Origin: a virus
Lineage: Duplodnaviria; Heunggongvirae; Uroviricota; Caudoviricetes
Reading direction: 5' to 3' (one strand)
Length of the DNA stretch: 64,000 nucleotides
IMG/VR virus record: IMGVR_UViG_3300002835_000064
A program made the position numbers and the translations under genes. The notes beneath the pieces were generated by a model. That model was not told where the DNA came from, ran no database searches, and was given only the letters and a program-made list of their open reading frames with translations. Positions 19,601 through 28,483 of this stretch are shown here, piece by piece. Numbering within the stretch: position 1 is the first letter of the stretch; every line of letters begins with the position of its first letter.

Positions 19601-20182
19601 CATTGTGGCTTTAGTCGTATTATTAAATTGTGTTTCGATATCTTTAAATGCAGTCGACATAATATTCGCTGATTTACCCATATCGACAAAACGTTTAACT
19701 ATATTATAATTTTCGTTAGTTATTAAACCGGCACTAGCATTTAAAGATTTAACTAATGTTGCTTGAGCATCAGTAAACTTTTTTAATGTTATAATATTTT
19801 CTAATGGGTTTAATGATTTTTTAAAATAAGCACTTGATGATGCAGCTGCTTTTTGAAATTCTTCTGATGCAGCTCTTAATGATCTAATAGCATTAAGTGA
19901 ATATTGTGTAAATTTAGATGAATTTTTATCTAATGATTTTGATAATGTATCTGTACTTCTCGCCGCAATTTGTTGCTGTTTATTAACTTCTTTTATCTGA
20001 GCTTTAAGATTATCTAATGCAGAAAATGTTTCTTTGGCGCTTTTACTAGCTCCTCTCATGCGAGTATTAAACTCGGCAACTTCTGCCACTGCATCTGCAG
20101 TAATTGATGCTACTGAACTTTGTTGTCTAGCGGCTTCATATAAAAATTGCGTAAATAGGGAGGTTGCGTCTTGAGCTGCCAT
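16685..20182 (-). CDS. tail tape measure protein (1165 aa)
   Basis: Long, largely helical low-complexity protein with a Gly/Ala-rich hydrophobic segment (GGAAVAEGVVGALAVGGVVAAIAAILVGGG) typical of tape-measure proteins; sits immediately upstream of the baseplate genes. Confidence 0.7.
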   Translation of the reverse strand: MAAQDATSLFTQFLYEAARQQSSVASITADAVAEVAEFNTRMRGASKSAKETFSALDNLKAQIKEVNKQQQIAARSTDTLSKSLDKNSSKFTQYSLNAIRSLRAASEEFQKAAASSSAYFKKSLNPLENIITLKKFTDAQATLVKSLNASAGLITNENYNIVKRFVDMGKSANIMSTAFKDIETQFNNTTKATMEANASILGSISAADFATRQAASILLRDAKENQTKYNKVFDDATNALEKMAKDLHNVDLTQSLSSQYKNITDFYNSYKRSLRQLNDAGMDSNDAIAKLNSDQRFVIFDQSIANLIDALKDNAGVLNNVTKEAAEKYLAAGQTAGTINDVSANPMTNFLNTGNRVDQTVIQELERQITQSMVEMRNTLANLLGTTQLEISKRLIDQAELSNKSLTKILDELTDTAKGVFYNWDKMNSEFSSEFTKHMQSLGLSFNGLDEGIVKLRRYGDLHEATMKELILSGGYINEANAVKLENYVAFAASMKLITPEIEELCEKLHQFNSDGSAGPISNGVLERLEEVSNQIQHGLIKTSDAFAKHNKTFSSILSRNLREQGGIFSNFIADMADVRRTGTTSDGRDRGDVIAGFKGQIAANLIPAIKKFFEENISYIQGRAVGQSRFVGGVDRGFMSDMQIGEPDYFKLMQENRSTALAAGGNEAFKAKLASQRDVWEQILGPLPKDILEASLQMEQINQAIGGAMNEQDIRNYQRSIQANNYMFGADPKAQQAATSAIVKTTNAQRMLAGLDDKLAKKKVEEIASHFAYAKSLKMSDEAAQQFAEAMAIGSKIMTPQQSAEATGGMMNLIGILQHAGELQDITSADKRRAAEIAGKGPELATEDEMNFMRELIRKIELAKAEYTQSKRDSSGYVSGVDAKQIGNLNRLMDEFKSKLPEAFQIAGEAIGGTLSTAKKSPIASPGMNIPEEQKKLIPLLTDMSLQNQQTFIERIASANATLKAWTDTLGGSTVSSAANTALNIGGTALLTRMMMGAGGAAVAEGVVGALAVGGVVAAIAAILVGGGYLASEYLSEGKGSKSMSLPGGDAESPTKTQRHATGGSGYKPYNSGTTETIPTETGRQNAVIPSEVIANAGDDQIAKMIELLGDIKQNDANMAIKKFNNSFDEVAKIIKTWWDEKQAELTPPIKPTDNRQPPAAKTN

Positions 20183-20311
20183 TAAATATCACCTAATCAA
20201 AATTAACTTATTACATATTTATTTGGCTAAATATATCTATTCCATAATGGGTAAGATAAATATATAATTATATTTTTTACCCTACTATAATACCAATTAG
20301 GAGTTAACCAA

Positions 20312-20647
20312 ATGACTGAAAAATTAGCTGAAATGCTTGATGCAGTATTAAAAAAAGATGATGCATTAGCTGAAAGTGCATTCCATGATTATTTGACTGG
20401 TAAATTCAAACAAATCATCGAAGAAGATGAAGACGAAGACGAAGACAAATATTCAGATGAAGAAGGCGAATCATCAGAAGAAGATGATGAAGATGCTGAA
20501 TATTCAGATGAAGATGAAGATAAAGAAGAAGATGAAGATGACGATGAGAATTATGAAGATCGTGAATATTCAGATGAAGATGATTTTGATGCAGACAACG
20601 AAGACGACGATTCAATCGAAGACGAAGACGAAGAATGCATGAGATAA
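20312..20647 (+). CDS. hyper-acidic protein (111 aa, about half D/E); candidate DNA mimic or internal protein
   Basis: AGGAG RBS; DEDEDEDKYSDEEGESSEEDDEDAEYSDEDEDKEEDEDDDENYEDREYSDEDDFDADNEDDDSIEDEDEE. Confidence 0.55.
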   Translation: MTEKLAEMLDAVLKKDDALAESAFHDYLTGKFKQIIEEDEDEDEDKYSDEEGESSEEDDEDAEYSDEDEDKEEDEDDDENYEDREYSDEDDFDADNEDDDSIEDEDEECMR

Positions 20648-20650
20648 TAA

Positions 20651-20710
20651 CTAAATATTTAAATATTTAGTTAGATAAAAAGCCGATTTTTAATCGGCTT
20701 TTTCTTTTTA
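20651..20710 (+). terminator. 20-bp perfect A/T palindrome (ctaaatatttaaatatttag) followed by a GC-stem rho-independent terminator (aaagccgatt-ttta-aatcggcttt + T-run)
   Basis: Read directly in the sequence. Confidence 0.6.
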
Positions 20711-20761
20711 CGGGAATAAATAATTCGATATTGTTGCGGTACTAACTGAGGGATCAAAATA

Positions 20762-21445
20762 ATGTCGAAAACTACGAAACGCGTTAAACGAGATCAACAA
20801 CCAAATGAATTGTTGGAATTAGAACCAAAGGAAATTGTAACATTAACAAATACTCAACATCGGTATTTGAATTCAATTAAACACAACATTTTAACCTTTG
20901 GGGTTGGTGTTGCTGGTACTGGTAAATCTTATGTCGCATTATCTTATGCGGCCGAGCAGTTAAAAGCAAAACGTATTTCGAAAATTATTATTACTCGACC
21001 TATAGTAGAAGCGGGTGAAAAATTAGGGCATCTTCCTGGCGAATTAGAGGAAAAAATTGCACCGTATTTTGATCCGATTATATCGATATTAAATAAACGA
21101 TTAGGCCAATCATTTACCGAATATCTTATTAAGCGCAAAATCATCGAAGCTAAACCATTGGCTTATCTTCGTGGTTCTACATTTGAAGATGCTATTGTTA
21201 TATTAGATGAAGCACAAAATACAACTCCAGCTCAAATGAAAATGTTTTTGACTCGCATTGGGGAAAATTGCAAAGTAATTATTGATGGTGATGTTGTTCA
21301 ATCTGATATAAAAGGTGAATCGGGCTTAGCTGACGCATTAACTAGATTAAAATCAGTTAATAACGTCGGATGGGTTAATTTTACAATCGACGATGTTGTT
21401 CGTTCTGGTATTTGTAAAGATATCTTAATCGCTTATTCTCAGTAA
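20762..21445 (+). CDS. phoH: PhoH-like ATPase
   Basis: GVGVAGTGKSYVAL (Walker A), LAYLRGSTFEDAIVILDEAQN, DGDVVQSDI match the PhoH family. Confidence 0.85.
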   Translation: MSKTTKRVKRDQQPNELLELEPKEIVTLTNTQHRYLNSIKHNILTFGVGVAGTGKSYVALSYAAEQLKAKRISKIIITRPIVEAGEKLGHLPGELEEKIAPYFDPIISILNKRLGQSFTEYLIKRKIIEAKPLAYLRGSTFEDAIVILDEAQNTTPAQMKMFLTRIGENCKVIIDGDVVQSDIKGESGLADALTRLKSVNNVGWVNFTIDDVVRSGICKDILIAYSQ

Positions 21446-21450
21446 CAATA

Positions 21451-21476
21451 ATGGGGGCTTTTAGCCCCCATTTTTC
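21451..21476. terminator. bidirectional terminator between phoH and gene 21
   Basis: atgggggct-ttt-agcccccat hairpin followed by TTTTT. Confidence 0.6.
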
Positions 21477-21479
21477 TGC

Positions 21480-22136
21480 TTATTTTTTTACAAATAAACT
21501 ACTATCCAACCATTTTTTAATTTCAGTCACTAAATATTTTTGAGCTGATTGATCTTCTTGTACTGATTCAGCTAGTGTTAAAATACGACGACCTTTAACT
21601 GATTCATCTAATGATTCATAAATTGATGTTGGATATGCGCTTGCGCAGCTTGGTGTTCCAACTATATCAACCGTAATTAAATTAAATCCACTTACTATAC
21701 CTTGCTCGTTTACTTCTCCTGCACCACGGCTACTTACGCCAGGTTTAACACCACTTTCAGTAATTAAAACTTTAGCGATTTGGCCCATTGGAGTATTTAG
21801 AATTTTAGCTTTACCATAAACATTATTACCTTCAACTCGTAATTCTTGTATTACATGGCTTACTCGATCGCTAGCTACTTGTAATGATGGTGGGTGATCT
21901 AATTCACCCCAAACACCGCCGGTTTGTTTAATTTGTTCAGTTAATCTAGCAACGGCATTTTGCATTTCAGTAATTGGATAAATTCTACCGTTTCTGTTTT
22001 TTGTTTCTGCTTGCATAAAGCAACCAGATAAGTATAAATTTTTACCTTCGGTATCTACGACTGATTCTTGGATCAAATTACCCTGATCGTAGGTCAAAGT
22101 CTCAACTAAAAATTGTGTTTTCATTTTGTACGTCAT
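21480..22136 (-). CDS. 21: prohead core protease, T4 gp21 family
   Basis: LYLSGCFMQAETKNRNGRIYP...GELDHPP...GNNVYGKAKIL...GVSSRGAGEV aligns with T4 gp21 (LYIEGIFMQAEVVNRNKRLYP..GELNHPP..GNDVYGRARVI..GVSSRGLGSL). Confidence 0.85.
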   Translation of the reverse strand: MTYKMKTQFLVETLTYDQGNLIQESVVDTEGKNLYLSGCFMQAETKNRNGRIYPITEMQNAVARLTEQIKQTGGVWGELDHPPSLQVASDRVSHVIQELRVEGNNVYGKAKILNTPMGQIAKVLITESGVKPGVSSRGAGEVNEQGIVSGFNLITVDIVGTPSCASAYPTSIYESLDESVKGRRILTLAESVQEDQSAQKYLVTEIKKWLDSSLFVKK

Positions 22137-22221
22137 CCGTTAAATATTAGAATATCCAAATATTTATCAACGAATCTACTGATAAATATCATAATTCATA
22201 TATTTTAATAGGTATCACGCA

Positions 22222-23466
22222 ATGGAATTAGATCGCATTTTACAATTGGCTGGATTACTATCCGAAAGTCAATTGTTACTCGAAGCAAAAGAAGATGATA
22301 TTAATAATGATAAAAGTATCAGCTTACCAGTTTGGCAAAAATACCAATCTGAAGCTAAACGTTTACCCGAAGGATTAGGTGCAGAAAATTTACAAACTTC
22401 ATTAGAAGTTATTAAATGGATTGGTTTGCATATGGTTACTCCGGCAACTAAAGCAAAATACTTAAAACGTATTTGCCAATGGTATGCTCAGCCTAATAGC
22501 TTCTCATTAAATCAATTTAAAGCAGTTAAAGAGGAATTAGCTTATTTTGAAACTCATTCAGCTAATTTACCGCAAAATGATATTAATAACCCAGCATATA
22601 ATGATTTTCATGAGTTTACTCACATATTAGATCAATTTGCTAAAACTTCAACCGCAAAATCATCATTAACTCGTATAGTTAATAAAGGTGGGTTTGGCGC
22701 TTACGGTCAAGTTATTATTAATGATCCACATCACGAAGGCTTTTATGCCGTTAAATTAGGTAGTAAACAACAATCGATTCAATTCGGCCAAACATTCTTA
22801 CGTCCTTTTGATTCTGAAGGTAAAGTAAAATGGTGTACTGCGGTCGATAGTAGTGATAATTTGTTTGATAGTTATAATTCAGGTGGTGAGAATGACGTTA
22901 TCGTTATTTGGGCCGGTAAAAGTGCCAGTTCGAATCCAACTAGTACATCAGTTCGTAAATTTTGTATCATTGTTGCTAAAAACGAATTCCAAAACGAAAA
23001 GAATGAAAATATTATTAAAGTCCCCGGCGATATTACATACTTAAGTCAATTTGAAGGTTATAAAGATCTTTTAAATATATTAATTAAAAAGCATTATCAT
23101 GTTGACGGCGAAGAAGGTGTTCGTGAATCATTCGGCGAATTTTCTTTCTTATCAACACTCGATGATTCAATTACATCAACTGTAATTATTAATGAATCAT
23201 CTGATTTATCATACGAAGAAAAACTTAAATTAGTTGCAGAACGTATTATGAATGAAGCTTGTATGGGGAAATCAAAATCTAAAGCTAAATCGAAAGCTAA
23301 AAAAGCAAGCAAAGACTATGACGGCGATGGTAAAATTGAATCAGGAACTGATGAATATAAAGGTTCAGTTGATAAAGCGATCAAAAAAGCCAAAAAAGAA
23401 AAATGGGTTCCTAAATGGCAGGAAGATTTAAATAAAGAAAAAGCCAAAAAAAAATCTAAAAAATAA
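22222..23466 (+). CDS. hypothetical protein (414 aa) with lysine-rich C-terminus; candidate packaged or internal protein
   Basis: N-terminus MELDRILQLAGLLSESQLLLE has a leader-like shape with L-x-E motifs and shares ILxLAGL with the C-terminus of the gp22-like scaffold. Confidence 0.5.
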   Translation: MELDRILQLAGLLSESQLLLEAKEDDINNDKSISLPVWQKYQSEAKRLPEGLGAENLQTSLEVIKWIGLHMVTPATKAKYLKRICQWYAQPNSFSLNQFKAVKEELAYFETHSANLPQNDINNPAYNDFHEFTHILDQFAKTSTAKSSLTRIVNKGGFGAYGQVIINDPHHEGFYAVKLGSKQQSIQFGQTFLRPFDSEGKVKWCTAVDSSDNLFDSYNSGGENDVIVIWAGKSASSNPTSTSVRKFCIIVAKNEFQNEKNENIIKVPGDITYLSQFEGYKDLLNILIKKHYHVDGEEGVRESFGEFSFLSTLDDSITSTVIINESSDLSYEEKLKLVAERIMNEACMGKSKSKAKSKAKKASKDYDGDGKIESGTDEYKGSVDKAIKKAKKEKWVPKWQEDLNKEKAKKKSKK

Positions 23467-23471
23467 AAACA

Positions 23472-23498
23472 AAAGGGGCTTAAAAAGCCCCTTTTTTA
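23472..23498. terminator. bidirectional terminator
   Basis: aggggctt-aaa-aagcccct hairpin followed by TTTTTT. Confidence 0.6.
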
Positions 23499-23852
23499 TA
23501 TTCTGCGTTTATTTAATGTCGATATTTCATCGTCAGTTAATGGATGGATCAAACTAAGTAAATCATCAAGTTCTGATTTTGTCATGTCAGCCCCAAAATA
23601 ATGATAAGATAATATATTTTTAGTTTGGGTTATTACCCACATCGTAAATTTATCTAATAATTCCCAATCAATAGGATATGAATTGCAAGCATACCGATAA
23701 TCTCTAGGTGACATAGTAATATAAACATCGGGTTCGTTTTTATCTGGTATATATTTAATCGGTAATCCATTACAATCTTTAGTATAAATCGTTATAATTC
23801 CGGGAAGTCCGGTTTTGGTGGCGGTTAAACAAAGTTTATTATCTATACTCAT
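23496..23852 (-). CDS. hypothetical protein (118 aa)
   Basis: ORF downstream of gene 52 on the same strand. Confidence 0.45.
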   Translation of the reverse strand: MSIDNKLCLTATKTGLPGIITIYTKDCNGLPIKYIPDKNEPDVYITMSPRDYRYACNSYPIDWELLDKFTMWVITQTKNILSYHYFGADMTKSELDDLLSLIHPLTDDEISTLNKRRI

Positions 23853-23924
23853 TATCTATCCTTAAATAACATTAATAATAAAAAAAACCTCAACTAACAC
23901 ATATATTTAACTTAACTAATCATT

Positions 23925-25229
23925 TTATATTTCTAGCTCGGCTAGTTCTTTTTTATACATTTTAATACAATTAGTTTTTTCTAATGCTTGTATATCTTTT
24001 TCAATTCTTTCTATATTTTTATCTAGCTTAAATATATCATCTTTCGTTAAATGATACAAGCGTATATCTAACAAATCATTAATATGATTAAAATTATTTT
24101 CAGTTAATAATTGTTCTAATTCTTTTTTACTTTTACTTGAAAATAACTTACTATTTTCAATATACCAATTAATAAATCTACGCTTTTCCGATAACCAAAC
24201 TAATTCTTCGTTTAGTATTTCTAATAATTTAATTCTACGTTCTTCGTATTTCTCTAATCTAAATGCGACAAAATAATCAATAATATCCTGAACTTGTTTA
24301 AAAACTTTAATAAAGCCATCTTCCGTCCACGCAGTTAAATTTTGGGTATCCTTACCTATTAATTTAAATTTAGTTAATATTGCGTCATGCGGTAATTGAG
24401 TCGTTGTTCTAGGAACATTAAAAATATAATCGAATGATGATTCAGTTGACCTATCATCTACGTCTTTAATAAGACCTTGTTCCTGTAATTTAATACAGTG
24501 GGCTTTATAATCATCTTGATAAATGCCGATAGGTAATTCAGTAACTCTAATGGTCGTTGAATTTACTATTTCATAAACGCCTATATTTAAAACTTGATCA
24601 CCATTCATACTAATGGTTCCTTTAAAACCATTATACCAAGGCATTAATTGCTGCGGTTCTTTGCCCGATAACAAAGCTAATATATTTTCTTTTAATTCTA
24701 TTGGATTATATTTTAATATATGAGTCGCATAACCAGTTCCCATACCTCGCGCCCCATTTATTAATATATTTGGTAATATAGGTAAATAATAATCGGGTTC
24801 GATTGATTGCCCATCAGAATCTAAATGATTTAAAATAATATCATCTTCTTTTTTAAATATTTTTCTAAAATTATCAGTAAATTCAGTAAAAATATAACGA
24901 GGAGCCGATGACTCACTAGATAACCGGCTTCCGAATTGGCCATTTGGTTTAAAATAATTAATATTATTACTACCAGTATAATTCTGCGCTAAACCTACTA
25001 TAGTCTCGTTTAAACTGGCTTCGCCGTGATGGTAATCACTTACTTGGGATATATACCCAGAAACCTGAGCTACCTTAATTTCGCCCGCATTTTCACCACG
25101 TTTAATCATTCCGAAGATACATTTTCGTTGCGATGGTTTAAATCCATCAACGACTGAGGGAATAGAACGTATACAATCAGCAATAGAAAATTGCTTGAAT
25201 TCATTATCAAAAAAATCTTTAACTTTCAT
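23925..25229 (-). CDS. 52: DNA topoisomerase II medium subunit, T4 gp52 (GyrA-like cleavage-religation subunit)
   Basis: DGFKPSQRK motif and active-site region; 434 aa, the T4 gp52 size class. Confidence 0.85.
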   Translation of the reverse strand: MKVKDFFDNEFKQFSIADCIRSIPSVVDGFKPSQRKCIFGMIKRGENAGEIKVAQVSGYISQVSDYHHGEASLNETIVGLAQNYTGSNNINYFKPNGQFGSRLSSESSAPRYIFTEFTDNFRKIFKKEDDIILNHLDSDGQSIEPDYYLPILPNILINGARGMGTGYATHILKYNPIELKENILALLSGKEPQQLMPWYNGFKGTISMNGDQVLNIGVYEIVNSTTIRVTELPIGIYQDDYKAHCIKLQEQGLIKDVDDRSTESSFDYIFNVPRTTTQLPHDAILTKFKLIGKDTQNLTAWTEDGFIKVFKQVQDIIDYFVAFRLEKYEERRIKLLEILNEELVWLSEKRRFINWYIENSKLFSSKSKKELEQLLTENNFNHINDLLDIRLYHLTKDDIFKLDKNIERIEKDIQALEKTNCIKMYKKELAELEI

Positions 25230-25476
25230 CCGCTCTTTTTTCCTCTATTTGCTGTAAAAATTCGAGCAATTTATTATAATCGTCTTGTTCAAAATATGAC
25301 ATATCTCTAGCAACGTCATTTAAACACCCTAAAACATTATAACGCATAATTGCGCCAGATGTAAAGGTTAATGATATAGTCCCATTATCATTAACCGAAT
25401 ACGATCTAATATTATTAGTCCTAAATAAAACCGGATTCATTAATAATGAATACCGCTTCGATGTAAAATGATTCAT
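25219..25476 (-). CDS. small hypothetical protein (~85 aa) between genes 39 and 52; start reassigned to the ATG with GGAG RBS
   Basis: The first 47 codons of the tracked ORF are low-complexity I/V read-through. Confidence 0.4.
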   Translation of the reverse strand: MNHFTSKRYSLLMNPVLFRTNNIRSYSVNDNGTISLTFTSGAIMRYNVLGCLNDVARDMSYFEQDDYNKLLEFLQQIEEKRADES

Positions 25477-25659
25477 CTTATCTCCAACGATTACCGTAAT
25501 ATTGATAATGATGTTCATGTCTATGTATCGGGGTTGGTATATAATAATTATGATGATATTCAGTATAATTATTATAACCAGTATAACCCGGATGTGGATA
25601 ATATGTCGCACAACCACTTAATAAACCACACAATAATATAATTTTTTTCATAATGTTAC

Positions 25660-27546
25660 CTATTCGTCAGTGCCTAAAATGTTTAACCAATTTTTACGTT
25701 CGCCAGTTTTACCATTATCTTTACTAAATGCTAATTTAATCGCGTCCGCATCCGTTACATCGTCAATCTCATACTTAATTAAATTCTTATCGAAATTAGC
25801 TAAGTAAGTTTTAAAATCCGCTGCTGTACTAGTACCTAACCCCTTAAAATATTTCGATGTATATTTTTTAGTAGTTTTATTTTTCCATTTAATAAAATCT
25901 TGTTCTTCATAAAATTCAATTAACTCCTTACCGCAAGTTACTTTAATTAACGGCGTTTTAAATCTATGGATAACACCTAAATCAAATAACTCAGGCCAAA
26001 ATGTATGGATCATATTAATTAATAAACCGTTAATATGCAATCCATCTAAATCTTGATCGGTTAAAAAACATATTTTACCGTAACGCAATTGCTTTACATC
26101 AGTTATCTTTTCTCCGATTTTTAATCCAGTTATTGTTAATATATTCTGAAATTCTTCATTATCCATTAAATTTCTAGGTTTAACGGTACTTACATTAACT
26201 GGCTTACCTTTTAATGGAAAAATACCGTGCAATTGTGGGTCTCTAGCACTACTAACAGCCTTGGCTGCAGAATCTCCCTCAGTTAAAAATAAAATACATT
26301 TAGATCTATCTTTCTTTTCTAATGCATCATTTAATTTAATAATCTTACTAGGATCAACTTTATCCGTATTTTTATTTAATTTTCGCATTTCTGCTAATAA
26401 ATTAGCATTTGCTTTCGCTTCGGCCCAATCTAATATACTTTGAACAATAGATGACTTAATAATATTTTTAATAAACTTATCAGAAACTTCAAATGATGTT
26501 CCGAAATTTTTAATTTCAGTTATCATATCTTCTTTAGTCTGACTTGAATATCTAGGTTTAATAATATTACAATTAATAAACAAATTTAAATGATTTTTAA
26601 TCTCACTCGGTTTTATCTGAATCTTATGCTTCTTTTCAATAAACTCACGCAACTTAACTATAATTTGATCCGCTATATAACTAACATGTAACCCACCGAT
26701 AGTAGTTTCTGTACTATTTACAAATGAAACATGAGAAAATCCACCATCTGATTTGCTAATACCTACTTTCCAATTATCATTTTGATCGTAGATATATTCA
26801 TCTACGTACATCTTAATATAATCTTCGAAATTTTTAATATCTATTTTTTTATCATTAAAATAAATCTTTAATTGAGGATTACATCCAGCAACATCATAAA
26901 CCCGTTTTTCTATTTTACGAAAATCGCCGTCGGATAAATTTTCTAAATTTAATTTAGGATAATCTGGAATAAAAGTAATTTTAGTATAATGCTCTTTACT
27001 TTTCTTTATAATCGGAGTAGTCTTATCCCGACTATTATTTGTATGAGTCTGTAAAAATTTATTCTTACCATCAGCCGTATCGACTATAAATGAGGTCGAG
27101 AAAATAGAGGTTAATGCAGCACCTTCACCATTTTGACCAGTTAAAGTCGAATCCTCATCATCATTAAAATTACTACCAGCTCGCAATTCAAAAATCATCT
27201 CCGGAATATATTGATCATGCTCCGGATGTTTAACTACGACAATACCGCCATTATCATAAACCGATATAGCTCCGGTTGTTTTATCAACATTAACTTTAAT
27301 CGTATCTAAATGAGTCCCTGAATCAGTTTTTGAATAATCAACACTATTACTAATAATCTCATCGAATATTTTTAATAATGCTGGGCACCAAGTAAGTTCA
27401 TCTGATATCATCTTATGTTTATCATCGGCTATAGTATAAGATACAGCCGTATGCGGATTGATACTACCAATATATCTACCCGGTCTTAATAAGACGTGAG
27501 ATATCTCATCTAACTTTTTAAATTTTTGACTAATATGTGCTGTCAT
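25660..27546 (-). CDS. 39: DNA topoisomerase II large subunit, T4 gp39 family (GyrB-like), unsplit gp39+gp60 equivalent
   Basis: GHKL ATPase N-domain, Toprim FLTEGDSA, and DQDLDGLHINGLLIN motifs; 628 aa. Confidence 0.85.
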   Translation of the reverse strand: MTAHISQKFKKLDEISHVLLRPGRYIGSINPHTAVSYTIADDKHKMISDELTWCPALLKIFDEIISNSVDYSKTDSGTHLDTIKVNVDKTTGAISVYDNGGIVVVKHPEHDQYIPEMIFELRAGSNFNDDEDSTLTGQNGEGAALTSIFSTSFIVDTADGKNKFLQTHTNNSRDKTTPIIKKSKEHYTKITFIPDYPKLNLENLSDGDFRKIEKRVYDVAGCNPQLKIYFNDKKIDIKNFEDYIKMYVDEYIYDQNDNWKVGISKSDGGFSHVSFVNSTETTIGGLHVSYIADQIIVKLREFIEKKHKIQIKPSEIKNHLNLFINCNIIKPRYSSQTKEDMITEIKNFGTSFEVSDKFIKNIIKSSIVQSILDWAEAKANANLLAEMRKLNKNTDKVDPSKIIKLNDALEKKDRSKCILFLTEGDSAAKAVSSARDPQLHGIFPLKGKPVNVSTVKPRNLMDNEEFQNILTITGLKIGEKITDVKQLRYGKICFLTDQDLDGLHINGLLINMIHTFWPELFDLGVIHRFKTPLIKVTCGKELIEFYEEQDFIKWKNKTTKKYTSKYFKGLGTSTAADFKTYLANFDKNLIKYEIDDVTDADAIKLAFSKDNGKTGERKNWLNILGTDE

Positions 27547-27773
27547 ACGATATTTTTATAATTCCAAGTTATTTCATAATTAGTTGTATATATGATATAG
27601 CAATTTTGTAGTAAAAACAAGCATTAATTGTATTATGGTATTATTTTATAAAATTTCGGGAGAAAGCCAAGCATCAAGCCTATATATTATATTATAGTAA
27701 TGGTCTGGTTTATTTTGGGTTAACCTATTGTTTTATATAAAATTCAATTTATTTTTAAGGATATTCCGATGTT

Positions 27774-27789
27774 GGTATAAATATTTAAA
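27774..27789 (+). promoter_or_regulatory. T4-type late promoter, extended box GTATAAATATTTAAAT, about 28 nt upstream of ORF 27810
   Basis: TATAAATA at 27776-27783; an identical 16-mer recurs at 34841. Confidence 0.45.
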
Positions 27790-27809
27790 TTTGTAGGGTG
27801 TAGGTCGGT

Positions 27810-28457
27810 ATGAAACTTAATGAATTATTATTTGAAAACCCGCAATTGATTGACCCCATTGATTCGAAAAAATTTGTTAATGATCACGACCATAATCATA
27901 AATTATACGATACTTTGATTATGCAATCGCATCAATTAATTAAGCAGATCAATGATCATATTATATTAGTTCGAATCGATGCGAAACGAGGTAAAGATTT
28001 TAACTTCCAATATGTTGGATTAGATAATAAAAACGAACAAGTCTGTTTTTTATCTAGATGTGTGGTTAAAACCGATAAAATTTTAGGTAGATATGTTTTC
28101 CAAAATTTTTTATGGGTTAGCCCACAACATAAAAAAGAATTCCATGGTTGGCCTAGTAAATTAGTATTCGAGCAGTTATTACCTAAATACGGAACTATTA
28201 CCACTGATGAATTTCATACACCGAAGGGTATGAATTATTGGGCGAAATTAGTTAAACAAACTCATACCGAACATGATGGTGCATTTTATGTTTATCATTT
28301 TAATAAAAAACAAGAACAAATTCATTTGGTAAAAACAGTTCATCATTTAATTGAATTACAAAAAGAACATAAGATTTGGGATCACGGTCCAAGCGGAGCT
28401 CATCAATTAGTAGTTATATCTACTAAAAAATTACATCAGAAAAAACACAGTGGTTAA
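27810..28457 (+). CDS. hypothetical protein (215 aa), His-rich
   Basis: ORF immediately downstream of the late-promoter box. Confidence 0.5.
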   Translation: MKLNELLFENPQLIDPIDSKKFVNDHDHNHKLYDTLIMQSHQLIKQINDHIILVRIDAKRGKDFNFQYVGLDNKNEQVCFLSRCVVKTDKILGRYVFQNFLWVSPQHKKEFHGWPSKLVFEQLLPKYGTITTDEFHTPKGMNYWAKLVKQTHTEHDGAFYVYHFNKKQEQIHLVKTVHHLIELQKEHKIWDHGPSGAHQLVVISTKKLHQKKHSG

Positions 28458-28483
28458 CACTAATTTATAAGCGAGATTTTAAT

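Noticed and set aside
20415-20642. ORFs 20415-20615 (minus) and 20427-20642 (plus) overlapping the acidic gene
   Set aside because: Alternative-frame reads of the GAA/GAT repeat (poly-K/M or poly-H/L); the acidic frame has the RBS
27547-27809. A 263-nt AT-rich intergenic region as a possible tRNA or small RNA locus
   Set aside because: No GC-rich cloverleaf-like segments; it contains the late-promoter box and is probably just a divergent regulatory region
20944-28204. ORFs 20944-21144, 22853-23044, 23097-23312, 26261-26443 and 27956-28204
   Set aside because: Each lies inside and opposite to, or out of frame with, a motif-supported gene (phoH, the 414-aa ORF, gene 39, the 215-aa ORF)
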